Shown piece by piece: positions 36,370-49,228 of a stretch of DNA of 64,000 nucleotides. Within the stretch, counting starts at the first letter, position 1; every line of letters begins with the position of its first letter. Source of the DNA: Sarea resinae (Eukaryota). The position numbers and the translations under genes are program-made. Under the pieces are notes generated by a model. That model made no database searches and had not been told where the DNA came from. It saw only the letters and a list, made by a program, of their open reading frames with translations. The stretch lies in assembly GCA_026026165.1 (NCBI GenBank), contig JAPEUD010000003.1, forward strand, positions 310,001-374,000. Reading direction: 5' to 3'.

Positions 36370-37651
36370 ATGCGCCGTCAATCTGCGCCCGAAGCCTCGC
36401 CACGAGGCCGCTCCCTCTCCCTTTCGAAAGTATTGGAACGAATGGTATCGACGGGAATGCTTCCAGACGGCTACGCTGGAACTCCGAAGAAGGGCAACGC
36501 CAATATAGCTGGGAGTCAGGTAAGCGAACAACCCACGCAGCTCTTTCCTCGTGTATCGAAGGTGAGACAGCTAACCATTGTGGTTTCTGGCTCGTCTGCA
36601 GCAAGGAAAGCCATTCCCCTCACCAACAAAAGTAACACACGAGAACGATCGCTTGATCGTTCGTGCGCCGAACCCGTGGACTGGCAGGATGAGCCCTGAT
36701 CAGTCCCCCTTTTCCCCATCTGGGACCCAAAACGCCATGGCAGAGCTGCAGCGCCAACGTCACCTGCACGACGGCAAAGACCCGGAATTAGTAATGGAGG
36801 TGTATAAGCAATGCCTGCCCGGATTTCGAGTACCGAGCCAGCTTGAGATCGGAACTTGTGTTTTCCAGAAGCATATCACGGTGCCTGAAGGGCCACCAGT
36901 GATGCAACCTTTGTTGAGAAAGGAAATACCAACAGTGCTGCCCGTGCTTTGTGACGAACCGCCAGCCATGACGCCTGTCTTGCAGCCGGTCTTGAAGAGG
37001 AAGCCAATGGCAATGTCGGCGATCCTCAGAAAGGAATTGAAATACCGTGGTAATGACAGCATGCCCGGGGCCTGGCCAACTAGTCACTGGAGCGTCTTTG
37101 GGAGCTGCGGAGAGCTGAATGCTGTGGTCAAGCGCAAAGTGCTTCAAAATGTCGGGACGGCTGGAACTCAAGGGCCGCCTGGGAATTGGTTTGGCGGCCC
37201 AATAGGGACCTTGTGCGACGCGACGGGAATTACCCACAGGAGCGCGTCGTTTGGATACCAACCCAGGAAGAGCAGTCTTGGATTTCGTCGCACCGTTCAC
37301 TTTGAGGGGGATCGATTAGCCGAGAGTCCAGGGAAATCAGCGGAAATCAATGTTCTCCTCGTCGTATGCGGCATCGCTCTAGTGTTCATTTCCGGCCTCA
37401 TTAGACTCACGGAACATGTCCGTGGTAAGGTTTTGGAAGCGTCAACACGTCCTTCCAATACTAATGGGGCTCATCGTTCAGCATTAGAAGAGCCGCAGAA
37501 AGACATGGGCTGGGTCCGTGTGGGGAAGGCCGCTCTCGTCATAGTGCATGCGACCAACTTATCAAGCAATATCCTGAACGCTTGGCTGAACGGTCTGAAT
37601 TTTTGTTTCGAATTGGTATCGGCTTTGGACTCATTGGACGAATTCCCCTAA
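36370..37651 (+). CDS. Hypothetical protein (no recognised domain; one possible TM segment); intron 36520-36601
   Basis: GCCATCATG start. A GTAAGC..GCTAAC..CAG intron joins exon 1 in frame to the 357-codon ORF. Hydrophobic stretch INVLLVVCGIALVFISGLI. Confidence 0.55.
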
Positions 37652-37963
37652 TGTTTTCTCCCAGCACTCGGTCGTTCCTTGGTTTGGAGACATGCCCACT
37701 TGGATCGTGGACTATTGGCGAAAGACTCGCTCTACATAATCCAGGCGTTTGTTTCTTGGTAGGTTAGGGTAAGAGTTTCTTGGTGCACGAAGTTTTAAGA
37801 CTTTAGCAGTCTTCTGTATGCTTATCCAGAATGAAGCCTGACGATCGTACGCGGTGTCCTGCGCCGAGTTACGAGGTTAAAAGGTCGAACCTACCAGATT
37901 CAACTGGGTCTCCGAAATGGCCAACGAGCCCAATGTGAATGTTTTCGTATTGCTCCGCTCGAT

Positions 37964-39428
37964 TCATGGATTGGAAGTAAAACCGCCTCTGAAACGAGAC
38001 GCACTGAAAAAGATTAGTTAGTGGTAGATTAGAGGGCCGACAAATTTGGGACTACACACCGACTATCATCCGCTCCAATCTCGGCAAATTCTAGCCACTC
38101 GCCGGTGATAGCACGTTTCCAGAGTCTTAATCTTCCATCATCGCCGGCCGAGCATAGTACGTCGCCTGGACGATCATCAATTAGCGATGATCCATGTTTG
38201 ATAAAGAGTCATTACGAAGCGTACCCTGACGATTAAAGCGTACTCTCCATACCCCAGCCCTATGAGCTGCAAGCGCTGCTACCTCTTTTACCACGTGCTT
38301 CACATGGTGGCCATCGCCCTCCCCATCTCTGCTAGCTCCATTTGCCTTCATAGCTCCTGCAAGTCCGGCACCTATGCCCGAAGGAGGATTTCGACTTCCA
38401 CGAGACTGTGCAGCTCCAGAACTTTTGGTCTCAGAGTTTGGAACAGACATATACTGTTCCGAAGTCGGCTCTTTCTCTGAGGTGAAGGGCGTCCGAACTT
38501 CGAAGATTCGAACGAATCCATCCTTGCTGGCGGTTGCGATGAGGTCATAGCCACGGACAGAGCCTCGGGCCCAGTCCACATCCCGCACTAATCCGTGATG
38601 ACCTGTCAATTCCGCAGCTGCGTACAATTGATTCCGCTTGTTTGTGCGGTAGACCCTAGCGGAGTCCATTCCTCCCACAACGAGAGAGAGAGCCTTCTTG
38701 TCCAGCCCGGCCATGACAGCAGTATAGCATGGAAGAGCGTCGTGATGAAAGCAGACCTTGAAACTGGTCTCTTCACCACGAGCGGGAAGACTGCAAACTT
38801 GTAACTGATCAAAGAGCTGCCAGTTGGCCAGAGAGTCGGGATCAGAAGGCTCGTAGATGCTGAGCAGGCCGTCCCGGGAAAGGAGCGCGATCCAGGTTTC
38901 GAGTTGAATGTTCTTCATATCCAGGGAGACGTAGGGTATGTGAGACGGCGACGTATGCGAATAGATACATTTGAATCGTCGTCCTGAGTTTGGAGGTTCG
39001 GTTGTATCTTCTTCCCAAAGTTTTAATTTACCATCCTCACCAACACTGCCAAGCACTTGACCCATATAAGGACCGTTCCATTTCACCTGTAGCATTGGAA
39101 AAATCAGCACGGTCATAATGAGTGCGAGGCTTGGGTTTCACGGCGATTCTTGCGGTGAAGCAAAAGCTGTACTTGCTCTGCTCATCTACAGTGTAATATT
39201 TCACGTCTTTGAGACAAGCAAAGCCCCAGAACTCACATCTATGACCTCGGCATCATGAGCCCTCCAGGTATCTACCAGCTTCCACTCGTCCCCTTGAACG
39301 TCCCGGACCTTGAGTCGGTGGTCGGAGGAAGCTGTGACTAGGCGGGTACCGTCAAGGTTATAGTCCACAGCAAGTACGAGATCTTGATGTCCATTTTCGA
39401 ACGTATGAAACCCATTGGGGGGCTCCAT
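37964..39428 (-). CDS. SEH1: Nucleoporin/SEA(GATOR2)-complex WD40 protein Seh1
   Basis: GHQDLVLAVDYNLDGTRLVTASSDH, WRAHDAEVID|VKW, GEDGKLKLWEED, GHHGLVRDVDWA..YDLIATASKDG, LCSAGDDGRLRLWK. The 3' end is 37964 if the last intron is spliced, otherwise the stop is at 38029-38031. Confidence 0.88.
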
Positions 39429-39680
39429 GACTGATAGCTCGCGATTGCAATTCGAATGGAGTTGAAGTGATCGAGGTGGTTGTGAGATTGAATCGGACTG
39501 CCGAATGCAGTAAAGGTGAGGGCGGAGACTCCCGTTGTCGCATAGCTGTACCGCAGTAGCTGTAGCTTCACGCCGGGTAAGCTGCCCGTAAGCTGGCCAT
39601 TGAGGTAACTCGTCTATAGGTCTAGGTGTTCGGAGTTAAGGCCACATGTGCATAAGAGCTTCAACTCTACGAATTCAATC

Positions 39681-41230
39681 ATGGCGGCCGCCCTGAGCAG
39701 GGCTGAGACTTTGTCTCTTCTCTCGTTATCTGCAGCCTGTGTTGGAGTATTGGCCAATACCTTCCATGGCGACGGCGAGCCTCTAATCGCCTCTTTGGCC
39801 TTCAGTGGCATTGCCTTTTCGTTCAGCTACTGCCTCATCCGATGGCTTGGAGACACGTTCATGAAGGCCGGCTTCAGGGGCAGAGACATGTCAAAGACCA
39901 AGAAGGTAGAAATGTTCGTATTAGCCTACAGTAGACCCTCGCATTAGCGCACCTACAGATTCTCCATATTCCGACTTTATAAATATGATCCATGCTGATT
40001 GTATTTGCTCTTGGTAGACCGGAGACTATGGGTGCTGTTTGCGCCGTGGTCTATCTTCTAGTGATCATGGTCTTCATACCTTTTCCGTTTTATAAGGATA
40101 TCGTCGCGGCAACTTCTGGCGGGGGCAATCGAGATGTTGTGCTGGAAGTGGAACAGGTGGAGACTGGGCGGTTCTTACATCTCTTTCCACATAGCAAGGC
40201 GAGAGCGCATTCTGGTTGTGCTTTTCGAACAAAAACTGATACCGTTGAATAGCTCGCATCATTTCTCTCGGCCATTCTCTCTCTTCAATCCGTGGTCATC
40301 TTGGGCGTCGGAGACGACCTTTTCGACATCCGCTGGCGACACAAGCTGTTCATTCCTGCTTTCGCCGCAATTCCTATGCTCATAGTATATTTCGTCGATT
40401 TCGGAGTAACAAGGGTTGTGGTACCCTTGCCTCTTCAACAATACCTTGGCGATTTGGTCGATCTTGGGTGGCTATATTACGCCTATATGGCGGCCATCGC
40501 TATTTTCTGCCCGAACAGCATCAACATTCTTGCTGGTGTCAACGGCATCGAAGTCTCACAGTCCCTTGTCATCGCCTTTCTACTGGTCATTAACGACGCC
40601 TTGTACCTCGCGCCCATCACCAAATACCCGCACCCAGCCACGGACTCACATTTGTTCTCTCTTTACTTCCTGCTGCCATTCATTGGGGTGTCCGCCGCCT
40701 TGTGGTTCCATAATTGGTATCCCGCAAGAGTCTTTGTCGGTGATACTTATTGCTATTTTGCGGGCATGGTATTTGCAGTTGTCGGGATACTGGGGCATTT
40801 CAGCAAAACTCTACTTCTCCTCTTCGTCCCGCAGATCTTCAATTTTCTATATTCAGCGCCTCAGCTTTTCCGAGTAGTTCCCTGCCCGCGCCATCGACTT
40901 CCACACTTCAATGCGCGCACAGGTCTGCTCGAACCCTCTACCACCAAGTATGCGCTCCCACCTTCGACATTGGTGAGCCTGGCCCTGAGGACGCTGAGCA
41001 GAGTGCGGCTGCTCAAGATCGAGTCGAATGCGGACGGAGAGATTGTGGAGTCCTCCAATTTTACGATACTGAACCTGTGGCTTGTCTGGTTTGGACCGAT
41101 GCGGGAGGATAGATTAGCGATGGGGATCTTGGCCATGCAAATGGTTGTCGGATTATTGGGATTGGTAGTACGGCATCGGCTGGCGCTCTGGGTGTTTCGG
41201 GATGATAACCTCAAATGGTCTGAAGTTTAA
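39681..41230 (+). CDS. ALG7: UDP-GlcNAc:dolichyl-phosphate GlcNAc-1-phosphotransferase (GPT); 3 exons, second intron GC-AG
   Basis: GRDMSK..PETMGAV, GVGDDLFDIRWRHK, FCPNSINILAGVNGIE, NWYPARVFVGDTYCYFAG, HFSKTLLLLFVPQIFNF, PCPRHRLP. Confidence 0.95.
40199..40252 (+). other. GC-AG intron (donor AAG|GCGAGA) in ALG7
   Basis: Splicing restores FPHSK|LASFLSAIL. Branch-like ACTGAT is present. If unspliced, the acceptor TAG is an in-frame stop. Confidence 0.8.
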
Positions 41231-41404
41231 GACGTTGAGCTGTAGAGTAGACGTACTATGATACTCGTATATTCCGATTCACTGTTATCATTCTCCGACT
41301 GGACCGACAAGCATTGCAAATCCAACTGCCCTAAACTGTAGCGATCTACAGCAGAGAGGAGCAACGGTGCTGGCTGGAGATAGGCCCCCAAGTACTCTGG
41401 AGTA

Positions 41405-41414
41405 CCGCCATCGG
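41405..41414. promoter_or_regulatory. Leu3/LeuB-type site CCG-N4-CGG (CCGCCATCGG)
   Basis: Exact everted CGG pair about 500 bp upstream of the LEU1 ATG. Confidence 0.5.
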
Positions 41415-41691
41415 CCCCCAAACCTGGCCCATGTTTGATCTTCTACCAGGGAAGGAAGGCCAAAGACGATATTAACAATGCGGGGTCGGGGGTCCTCAGT
41501 CCCAAAGCTACGGAGTAGGTCCCGCTCTCAGGCCATGTGCAGGCGCAGGGTGGAGAGGAGTGGAGTGGAGTGGAGTGGACTGCGAGGTCGGATTGCGCTT
41601 ACTCACGGCGTTACAGCGGTAGGCGTTAGGAATAGAAGGGCGTTGATTCGTGGGAGAAGTCGATCGGTGACGATGGAGCGGAAGCAGATCC

Positions 41692-41702
41692 CCGATCCCC
41701 GG
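41692..41702. promoter_or_regulatory. LeuB-type site CCG-N5-CGG (CCGATCCCCGG)
   Basis: Everted CGG pair about 205 bp upstream of the LEU1 ATG. Confidence 0.45.
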
Positions 41703-41907
41703 CGCCTGCCCGCTTTCCGATATCGCACTACCACATCTCGACATTCCAGGCTGGATGAGATCAATATCTCCAATTCTACAGTTCATATTTGATTCAATCT
41801 CGCTCTTCCATCTCGCATCACATATCTGGTCTTATCTCAATCCGGAGGGAACAGGAACAAGAGAAAAAGGAAGAAAGAGCTCAGCAGCATACGACTGAGA
41901 GGCCATC

Positions 41908-44406
41908 ATGCCTTCAGCAGAGAAAAAACCCCAGACGCTGTACGACAAGGTCTTTCAAGATCATGTCGTGGATGAGAGAGACGACGGAACCATCTTGCTT
42001 TACATTGGTATTTCCTGCTCACAAGAATCATCCACGAGCGAAGCCACTAATATCTATTCAGACAGACATTTGGTTCATGAAGTGACCTCACCGGTAAGTG
42101 ATAAGGTAGTGGGGGCCATGAGCATTCCTCCTTACTAATCGCCTTGAACAGCAAGCTTTCGAGGGACTTCGAAATGCCGGTCGGAAGGTTAGAAGGCCTG
42201 ACTGCACCCTAGCAACTACAGATCATGTATGCCTTCCTTGATCTAGCACGAAACCAGCAAATACTAACACAACCAGAACGTTCCCACGACGTCGAGAAAA
42301 AATTTCAAGGATGTTGGCACTTTCGTCGAGGAGGCAGATTCCCGCACCCAATGTCTTGCCCTCGAGGACAATGTCAAGGAGTTTGGACTCACTTATTTCG
42401 GTCTTGGGGACAAGCGTCAGGGCATCGTGCACATCATCGGGCCGGAGCAGGGTTTCACTCTACCAGGCACAACGGTCGTATGCGGTGATAGCCATACCTC
42501 GACGCACGGTGCCTTTGGGTCTCTTGCTTTCGGTATCGGAACCAGTGAGGTGGAGCATGTCCTGGCGACGCAGACGATCATCACGAAAAGGAGCAAAAAC
42601 ATGCGCATTCAGGTCGATGGAGCCCTTCTACCGGGGGTGAGCTCCAAGGACATCATCCTACACGCAATTGGAGTCATCGGTACTGCCGGAGGCACAGGTG
42701 CAGTCATCGAATTCTGTGGCTCTGCCATTCGTAGTTTGAGTATGGAGGCACGAATGTCGATCTGCAACATGTCTATCGAGGGAGGCGCAAGAGCTGGTAT
42801 GATCGCACCAGACGATATCACGTTCGAATACCTCAAGGGCCGACCTCTAGCCCCCAAGGTCGATAGTGCCGAGTGGAAAAAGGCCGTCAAATACTGGTCG
42901 AGCTTGAGGTCTGATGAAGGTGCGAAATACGACATCGACGTCTTCATTGACGCCAAAGACATCGTGCCTACTGTTTCGTGGGGTACATCACCACAGGATG
43001 TCGTGCCCATAACGGGCGTAGTCCCTGGTCCGGATGACTTTGAAGATCCAGACAAGAAAGACAGCGCCAGGAGAGCTCTCGAGTATATGGGCCTCAAGGC
43101 GGGGACGCCAATGCAGGATATTGTGCTCGACAAGATCTTCATCGGGTCTTGCACCAATGCTCGAATCGAAGACTTGCGTGCCGCAGCACACATCGTCGAA
43201 GGCAAAAAGGTCGCACCAAGCCTGAAAAGGGCAATGGTGGTGCCCGGCTCAGGCCTTGTCAAGCAGCAAGCCGAAGCCGAAGGTCTAGATCAAATCTTCA
43301 CGGCTGCTGGATTTGAATGGAGAGAAGCAGGCTGCTCGATGTGTCTAGGGATGAATCCCGATATTCTCTCTCCTGGAGAGCGATGCGCCAGCACCTCGAA
43401 CCGAAATTTCGAAGGCAGGCAGGGAGCCGGTGGTAGAACTCACCTCGTATCGCCCGCCATGGCGGCCGCAGCAGCTATAGTCGGCAAGCTTGCGGACGTC
43501 CGAAATCACGCGCCCAAGTCGGCCGTGCAAAAGACCAAACCGCAAGTCAACGTCGCGCCGGAAGTGGAAGATCTCGACGACGACGCCGACCTCGACCGCA
43601 TCCTCGACATTCCCGAAGACGACGGCCACACCACTAAAGCCTCCTCCACCGCTCCCGCCTCGGCCTCAGCCGGCCTGCCCCCCTTCACAACTCTCACCGG
43701 TATCGCCGCCCCCATGGACCGCGCGAACATCGACACGGACGCCATCATCCCGAAACAGTTCCTCAAGACGATCAAACGCACGGGCCTCGGCTCGGCCCTC
43801 TTCAACGACCTTCGCTATAAACCCGACGGCACGGAAAATCCTGATTTCGTCCTCAACAAGGAGCCCTACCGGCACGCCAAGATCCTCGTGGTTACCGGCC
43901 CGAACTTTGGCTGCGGCTCGTCGCGCGAACACGCACCCTGGGCCCTCCTCGACTTCGGCATCACCTGCGTCATCGCCCCCTCGTACGCCGACATCTTCTT
44001 CAACAACACCTTCAAGAACGGCATGTTACCGATTGCCATCCCCTCGGCGACGGACCTCGCGCGCATCGCCGCCGAAGCCAAAGCCGGCCGCGAGATCTGC
44101 GTCGATCTGCCGAATCAGAAAATCACGACCGCCGGGACCGAAACCGAGACGGTGCTGGCTCACTTCGACGTCGAACCCTTCCGAAAACACTGCCTCGTCA
44201 ACGGTCTCGATGACATCGGCCTCACCATGCAGATGGAGGATAAGATCCGTCTGTTCGAGCGACAGAGGACGCTCGAGACGCCCTGGCTCGATGGCTCCGG
44301 CTATCTGAAGCCCGGATACAGGAAGGGCGGCGCTGTCAAGGTTGATGCTGTCAAGGTGCCGACGACGAATCGGGGCGAGGTCAAGGGCGAACCATTGGAG
44401 TGGTAG
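41908..44406 (+). CDS. LEU1: 3-isopropylmalate dehydratase (fused large and small subunit); 4 exons
   Basis: [106 protein letters not shown], final PLEW. Confidence 0.97.
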
Positions 44407-44902
44407 TTGTGGCCGTGGTCGTAATGAATAAGTGCGTGGGTGCGTAGCTAGGTGCGCAAGACGGCAAAGTGAATAGGAAATAAAAAACGATTCGAATTGC
44501 CTTGGCTTCATCTTCGCTTGGCTCGGCCTGGCCTGGTGGATTTTTTTTTCGTTTTGTTCTTTCTTATCCTTGCTATTGTATATGCCGATGCATTATGATG
44601 CAATCCGATATGATACAATATGAACTGATATCATATGATACGATTTGATACGATACGATGGATCCTAACCAAAATTTCCCCCTAATCAAAACCCATTTGC
44701 TCGGATTCTCAATACGACGTGAAATACAATGAAAAGTTCTAGTCCGTGTGCTGAGCTATGGTAGACAGACAGGCAGGCCGACAGTACCAAACAGACACGC
44801 CAGTCCAGACACGGCGATTCTAGTCCCAAGTAGCCCGATCTGTTATCATCCAAAGTGCACGCGGCTTCCAAAAAAAAGGCAGAAGAGGAAGAGGAAGAAG
44901 GG

Positions 44903-44939
44903 AGCCAGAGCCAGAGCCAGAGCCAGAGCCAGAATCAGA
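44903..44939. repeat. (GCCAGA)n hexanucleotide microsatellite
   Basis: About 5 perfect copies plus a degenerate copy. Confidence 0.85.
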
Positions 44940-45373
44940 ACCCCTGAAACTTGGAACCGCGGGACCCCCAGAGTCCCAGAAGCACGTTTGGAAGCTTTGA
45001 AAGAGAAGAAAAGGGGAGAGACAGAGAGAGAGAGGGGAGGAAAGGAAAGGAGAAAGAAGAGAAACACAGCCTGCTCGCCATTCGCCATTCGCCATTACCC
45101 AGATCCTTCTATGGATTTTCTTGGTTTGTTTGTTTGTTCTTTTCTTGTTTTCGTTTTGGAAACTTATAAGAGAAGAGGCGGATGGCCTTTTCTTGTCGCC
45201 GCCGCCCCTTCATGCCCTCTATCCAGTCTACGCGGTCAATACTGACAAGGATGATTAGGGCCGAGGAGAGAGGACCGGGGGAGGGTTCTAATTAGGTGAG
45301 ACGAGGGCAACGACGAGACGAGACGAAACGAGACAGATGATATGTTCTACATACGCAGCGGCAGCAGCAACAG

Positions 45374-47032
45374 CTAATAATACCTCCCCGTCTGCCTTCT
45401 CAGGGGCGTACTACCGCTCGGATAACCACCTCCACCACCAGAGACACCACTACGCTGTTTCAGCAAGCCAGAAGCACCACCGCCGCCACCACCACTATTA
45501 CTCCTCTCTCGCCTGACACCAGGGGTGCCGTTCCTGCTGTTCTCCTGCGAATACTCGGCATTGCGCAACCAGTTCCTGCTCTGCGGGAAGGACTGCTGGG
45601 ATGTCGAGTGGCGGAGCCCCCCCGCACCACCACCTCCGCCGCCGCCGCCGTGTGGACCGTGGTTCTCGTGCGACGCGTGGTTGGGGTTGCTGCCGCTGAT
45701 GAGGTAGCTAGCCGTGGCGGAGCGTTTGAGGGGCGAGTTAGCATGCGAGTAGACGCCGAGACTGCCGCCATCTCCTAGCCCCGGCCCTGGTCCTGATCCT
45801 AGGCCCGTGGATGAAGAGGCAAATTGCGGCTGTCTCACGGCCGTGCGTGGACGGATTGGGGTCGAGGCCTCCCGTCTGTGTACAGGGGTTTGGAACGTTG
45901 GATTCGTGCCCGTCGCCGCTGATGAAGATGACGATGAGAAGGACGTGTTTCGAGCAGAGGTGTATGTGGAGCGGTCGACGCCATCTGGGTCGGCGTAGCG
46001 CGCATAGTTGGGGTTGGGGTTCGTGTGGAAGCCGCGGTTGATGATGGTCGTCGGCGTGTATGTGTCAATTTCATCTTCGATTTCACCGTCGTCTTCGACG
46101 TCGTCGTCGCCGGCGCCGGTCCCTGTTGAGCGGTACCGTGTCGTGCATTGGATGCCTACGTCGCGCACTTGGGGCGTCAGACGCGGATGTACGAATTTGG
46201 TGTCGTACTCGTTCAGCACCTCCTTGTGGATGAGCGCCGTATCTTTGGTCTGCTGGGAGAAGGATTGTTGAAGCATCATCAGCTGGGCTGACAACAAAAT
46301 GGCGAGGGAAATAGCTGTTACGACCGTGACGCTGGGCCGGGGGTCGTAGGGCGCTGTTGGTAGGAGCAGACAATACACCACGATATGCGCTGGGCTTAGC
46401 AGACAGAACATGCGTAGGCAGATGGGTGTTGGGTCCCAGACGGCCAACTCCCAGACATCGCGAGTGGCGTCCGGGTGAGAGCGAGCGTTTGCAGAAGCGG
46501 AGGAGTTGGCAATGATGTTTGAGAGGAAGCGGAGGGGAGACGAGGAGAGTGGGGAAGAGTCGACTGGGGTGCGGTGAGCGGACGGGGTAGTAGGAGCAAC
46601 GTCGATGGGGGCTTCAAAGAGCCGGTAATGGCGCTTGCGGTAGAACGTGTAGAAGGCGTTGAGAAGAGAGAGTAGGATCAGAAAATGGACGATAAATGCT
46701 GCCTAGAGCCAGTATAACATCTCGTCAGCCTCTTTTATTCTGTCTCAAGGGGAACGATCACCGACCAGCCAGCTCAGCCAACCGCCACCGCGTCCGCCTT
46801 CGTCCCCAAAAACATCATCTGATCCTTTTCTTGACCCCGAATTCCCGCTATTTGCTCTCGCGACGATAAAAATCAGATTGAGCGCCGTTCCCACTGGCAG
46901 CGCGTAGTCTCGGGAAAAGTCCTCCCAGTCTTTTGAATCGATCTCCTCGGACAGCCAAAGCAGGAAATCCAAAGGGTTCAAGTATGCCTTGACACGCTCT
47001 ATCAAAGGCCGGCGGCGCACAAGCCGTGGCAT
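45374..47032 (-). CDS. NUR1: Nuclear rim protein Nur1/Mug154 family; 2 exons
   Basis: MPRLVRRRPLIERVKAYLNPLDFLLWLSEE, RKRHYRLFE..TPSAHR, DVWELAVWDP..LFCLLSPAH-like segment, KEVLNEYDTKFVHPRL. Low-complexity tail. Confidence 0.85.
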
Positions 47033-47609
47033 TGTGAATCGGAGCAAAGAAATGGAATCGATGAGAGAAAACGGAACGGACGAGACGAGTCAGGATGAAC
47101 CAGATGGCGTTGTATGTCAGAGAGCAAACATGAAGGGCGTGCTGGACGTGGAGGTCTGTTTATATGACCATGGCGGTTTTTGTTTACCTGCTGTAGCTAT
47201 GCGTTTGAAAATGGAAGCTACGTCCGTTGCCGCCACTAGAGAAAGCTCATCGCCAGGGCCGGCGAGGGTGGCATAGCAGTACGGACTTGGAGGTCTAGAT
47301 TCGCTGTAAATGATAGGCACAATACCTCGAATCTGGTACCTTTTCTGGATCTACTCCACACTTGGCCTCGCCGGTACCTTAACGTAGTAGTACTATGGCA
47401 TTGTAGATAGTAGGCTTCGACGTTGATAGATCATCATATCTGCAATATCACCTATCGGCGCATGCTCATAGTCGTCTCACGAATCGTTCAGTCTATTCTC
47501 TCGCGAACCCGGTTGAAGCCATCTCCATTCAAGGATCCACCCTCCCCGGCATTCTGGAGGGTCAATAGTATTACGGGCGAGCACTCTTCGCGCACATCCT
47601 ACGTCGAAG

Positions 47610-48224
47610 ATGGCAGCTCCTCCTTCAGCATACAAGGATCGAGAATTCCTGGCGGTCATCGGCGATGAGGTATATTCAACCTCGACTTTCTGCACTTTCT
47701 GCACTTTTTCCCTCTCTGAAGCGATCTTGGAAGCTCACCAACGATCCCTTTACAGGACTCAGTAACGGGGCTCCTCCTCGCTGGAGTTGGCGTAAGAAAC
47801 TCCCCATCCAGAGCACCCAAGCAATTCCTTCGAGTCTACCATTGGTGCGACGGCATCTTCGTGCAGCCACTGACTGTCTACAGCACGTTACGCAACCTCC
47901 CGATGCCCAGAAGAATTTCCTAGTCGTCGACGCAAAGACCGAGACCTCTGCCATCGAAGCAGCCTTCGACCGATTTACGGAGGAGAGGAAGGATATCGCC
48001 ATATTGCTCATCAATCAGCATGTCAGTGACCTTTGATCCTGAGCATATGCGACGAGATGTGCTAATGGAATGTGTATGGGTAGATTGCGGAACGCATACG
48101 ACATCGCGTGGATACATATACAGCTGCCTTCCCGGCTCTGCTAGAGATACCTTCCAAAGAGCATCCTTACGACCCAGAAAAGGACAGTGTGTTGAAACGA
48201 GTGAGGAGATTATTTGGTGAATAG
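47610..48224 (+). CDS. VMA7: V-type H+-ATPase subunit F; 4 exons
   Basis: [72 protein letters not shown]. Confidence 0.95.
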
Positions 48225-48567
48225 ATTATCAGGCGGATATCAAAATACAGTGAGATTGCACCAAGATGTCGCAATAATGGAAGGACAGCACTGGCCGCTC
48301 GTCAGATGCCAAACGATTTCGATATGGGCTGCAGCTGTCTGGCCTGGGACAAATCTTGTTTCGTAATACCATTTGAAATGCGCATTGTAGACCTTCATCA
48401 TTATATACTTTATGAGAGTAGGCAGCATCGATTATCAAGATGCGAAAATGAGCACCAGCAGACATATGAGGTATAACAACTAGGCACATGTAGAAACCCT
48501 TCCTTGCTCCAGGTCACAAGATCGTTTCCAGCATACCCACCAGCACTTCCTATCCATTCACGTCGGT

Positions 48568-49228
48568 TCAAAAGAAAATTCCGTTTCCAGTTCTTGGGAA
48601 AACCACGGTGGCTGTAAGGCAAGTGATCTTCTCGTTGTCCACGTTGTAGACGTCGGCAAGGACAGTGTATTTCCCCTAGATGGTGATTAGTATTCAAGTC
48701 TCAAGAGAATGTCTTCAGATAGATCTCGTACCGGTGGAATCTCCTTCGGTAGCTCAACGTCCTTGGTCACGACCAACTTCCCCTTCTCCAACGGACACTC
48801 CATGTCGACATTCTTGACCTGCTCGCATAGGTCTGCTCTTTGGTTGATCAAACGAATCAGGCCGTACTTGACTTGAAGATTGACGTAGGCGCCCTCCTCG
48901 ACACGTTCGTGTAGAAGTCCGGAAGCCTCGATTGTCAGGACCTGGCCACTTTAGGATGATCAGATGTCAGCTACAGAGTCACCGATCTGGCAGGGCGTGC
49001 CAAAGGGGAAACATACGCTTGTGGCGGGTTCGGGTCTAGGTTGACATGATCTATTTCCAAGATATCATCGGTCGTCTTCTGGCAAAATTCGAGAGGAGAA
49101 TCGCCAGGAACGCGGAGATCGGTGTCGTCATCTAGGATATGCAGCGTCTCTCGGGAGCTGGCGACGGTGGATTTCGAGGCGACAAGAGAGGCGAACAAGA
49201 AAGCAAGGAGGCTCGTGGAGAACCTCAT
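48568..49228 (-). CDS. NPC2: ML-domain phosphatidylglycerol/phosphatidylinositol transfer protein (NPC2 homologue); 3 exons
   Basis: Signal peptide, VPGDSPLEFC, LDPNPPQA|GQVLTIEASG, VKYGLIRLINQRADLCEQ..ECP, LPKEIPP|GKYTVLADVY..ITCLTATV. Confidence 0.92.
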
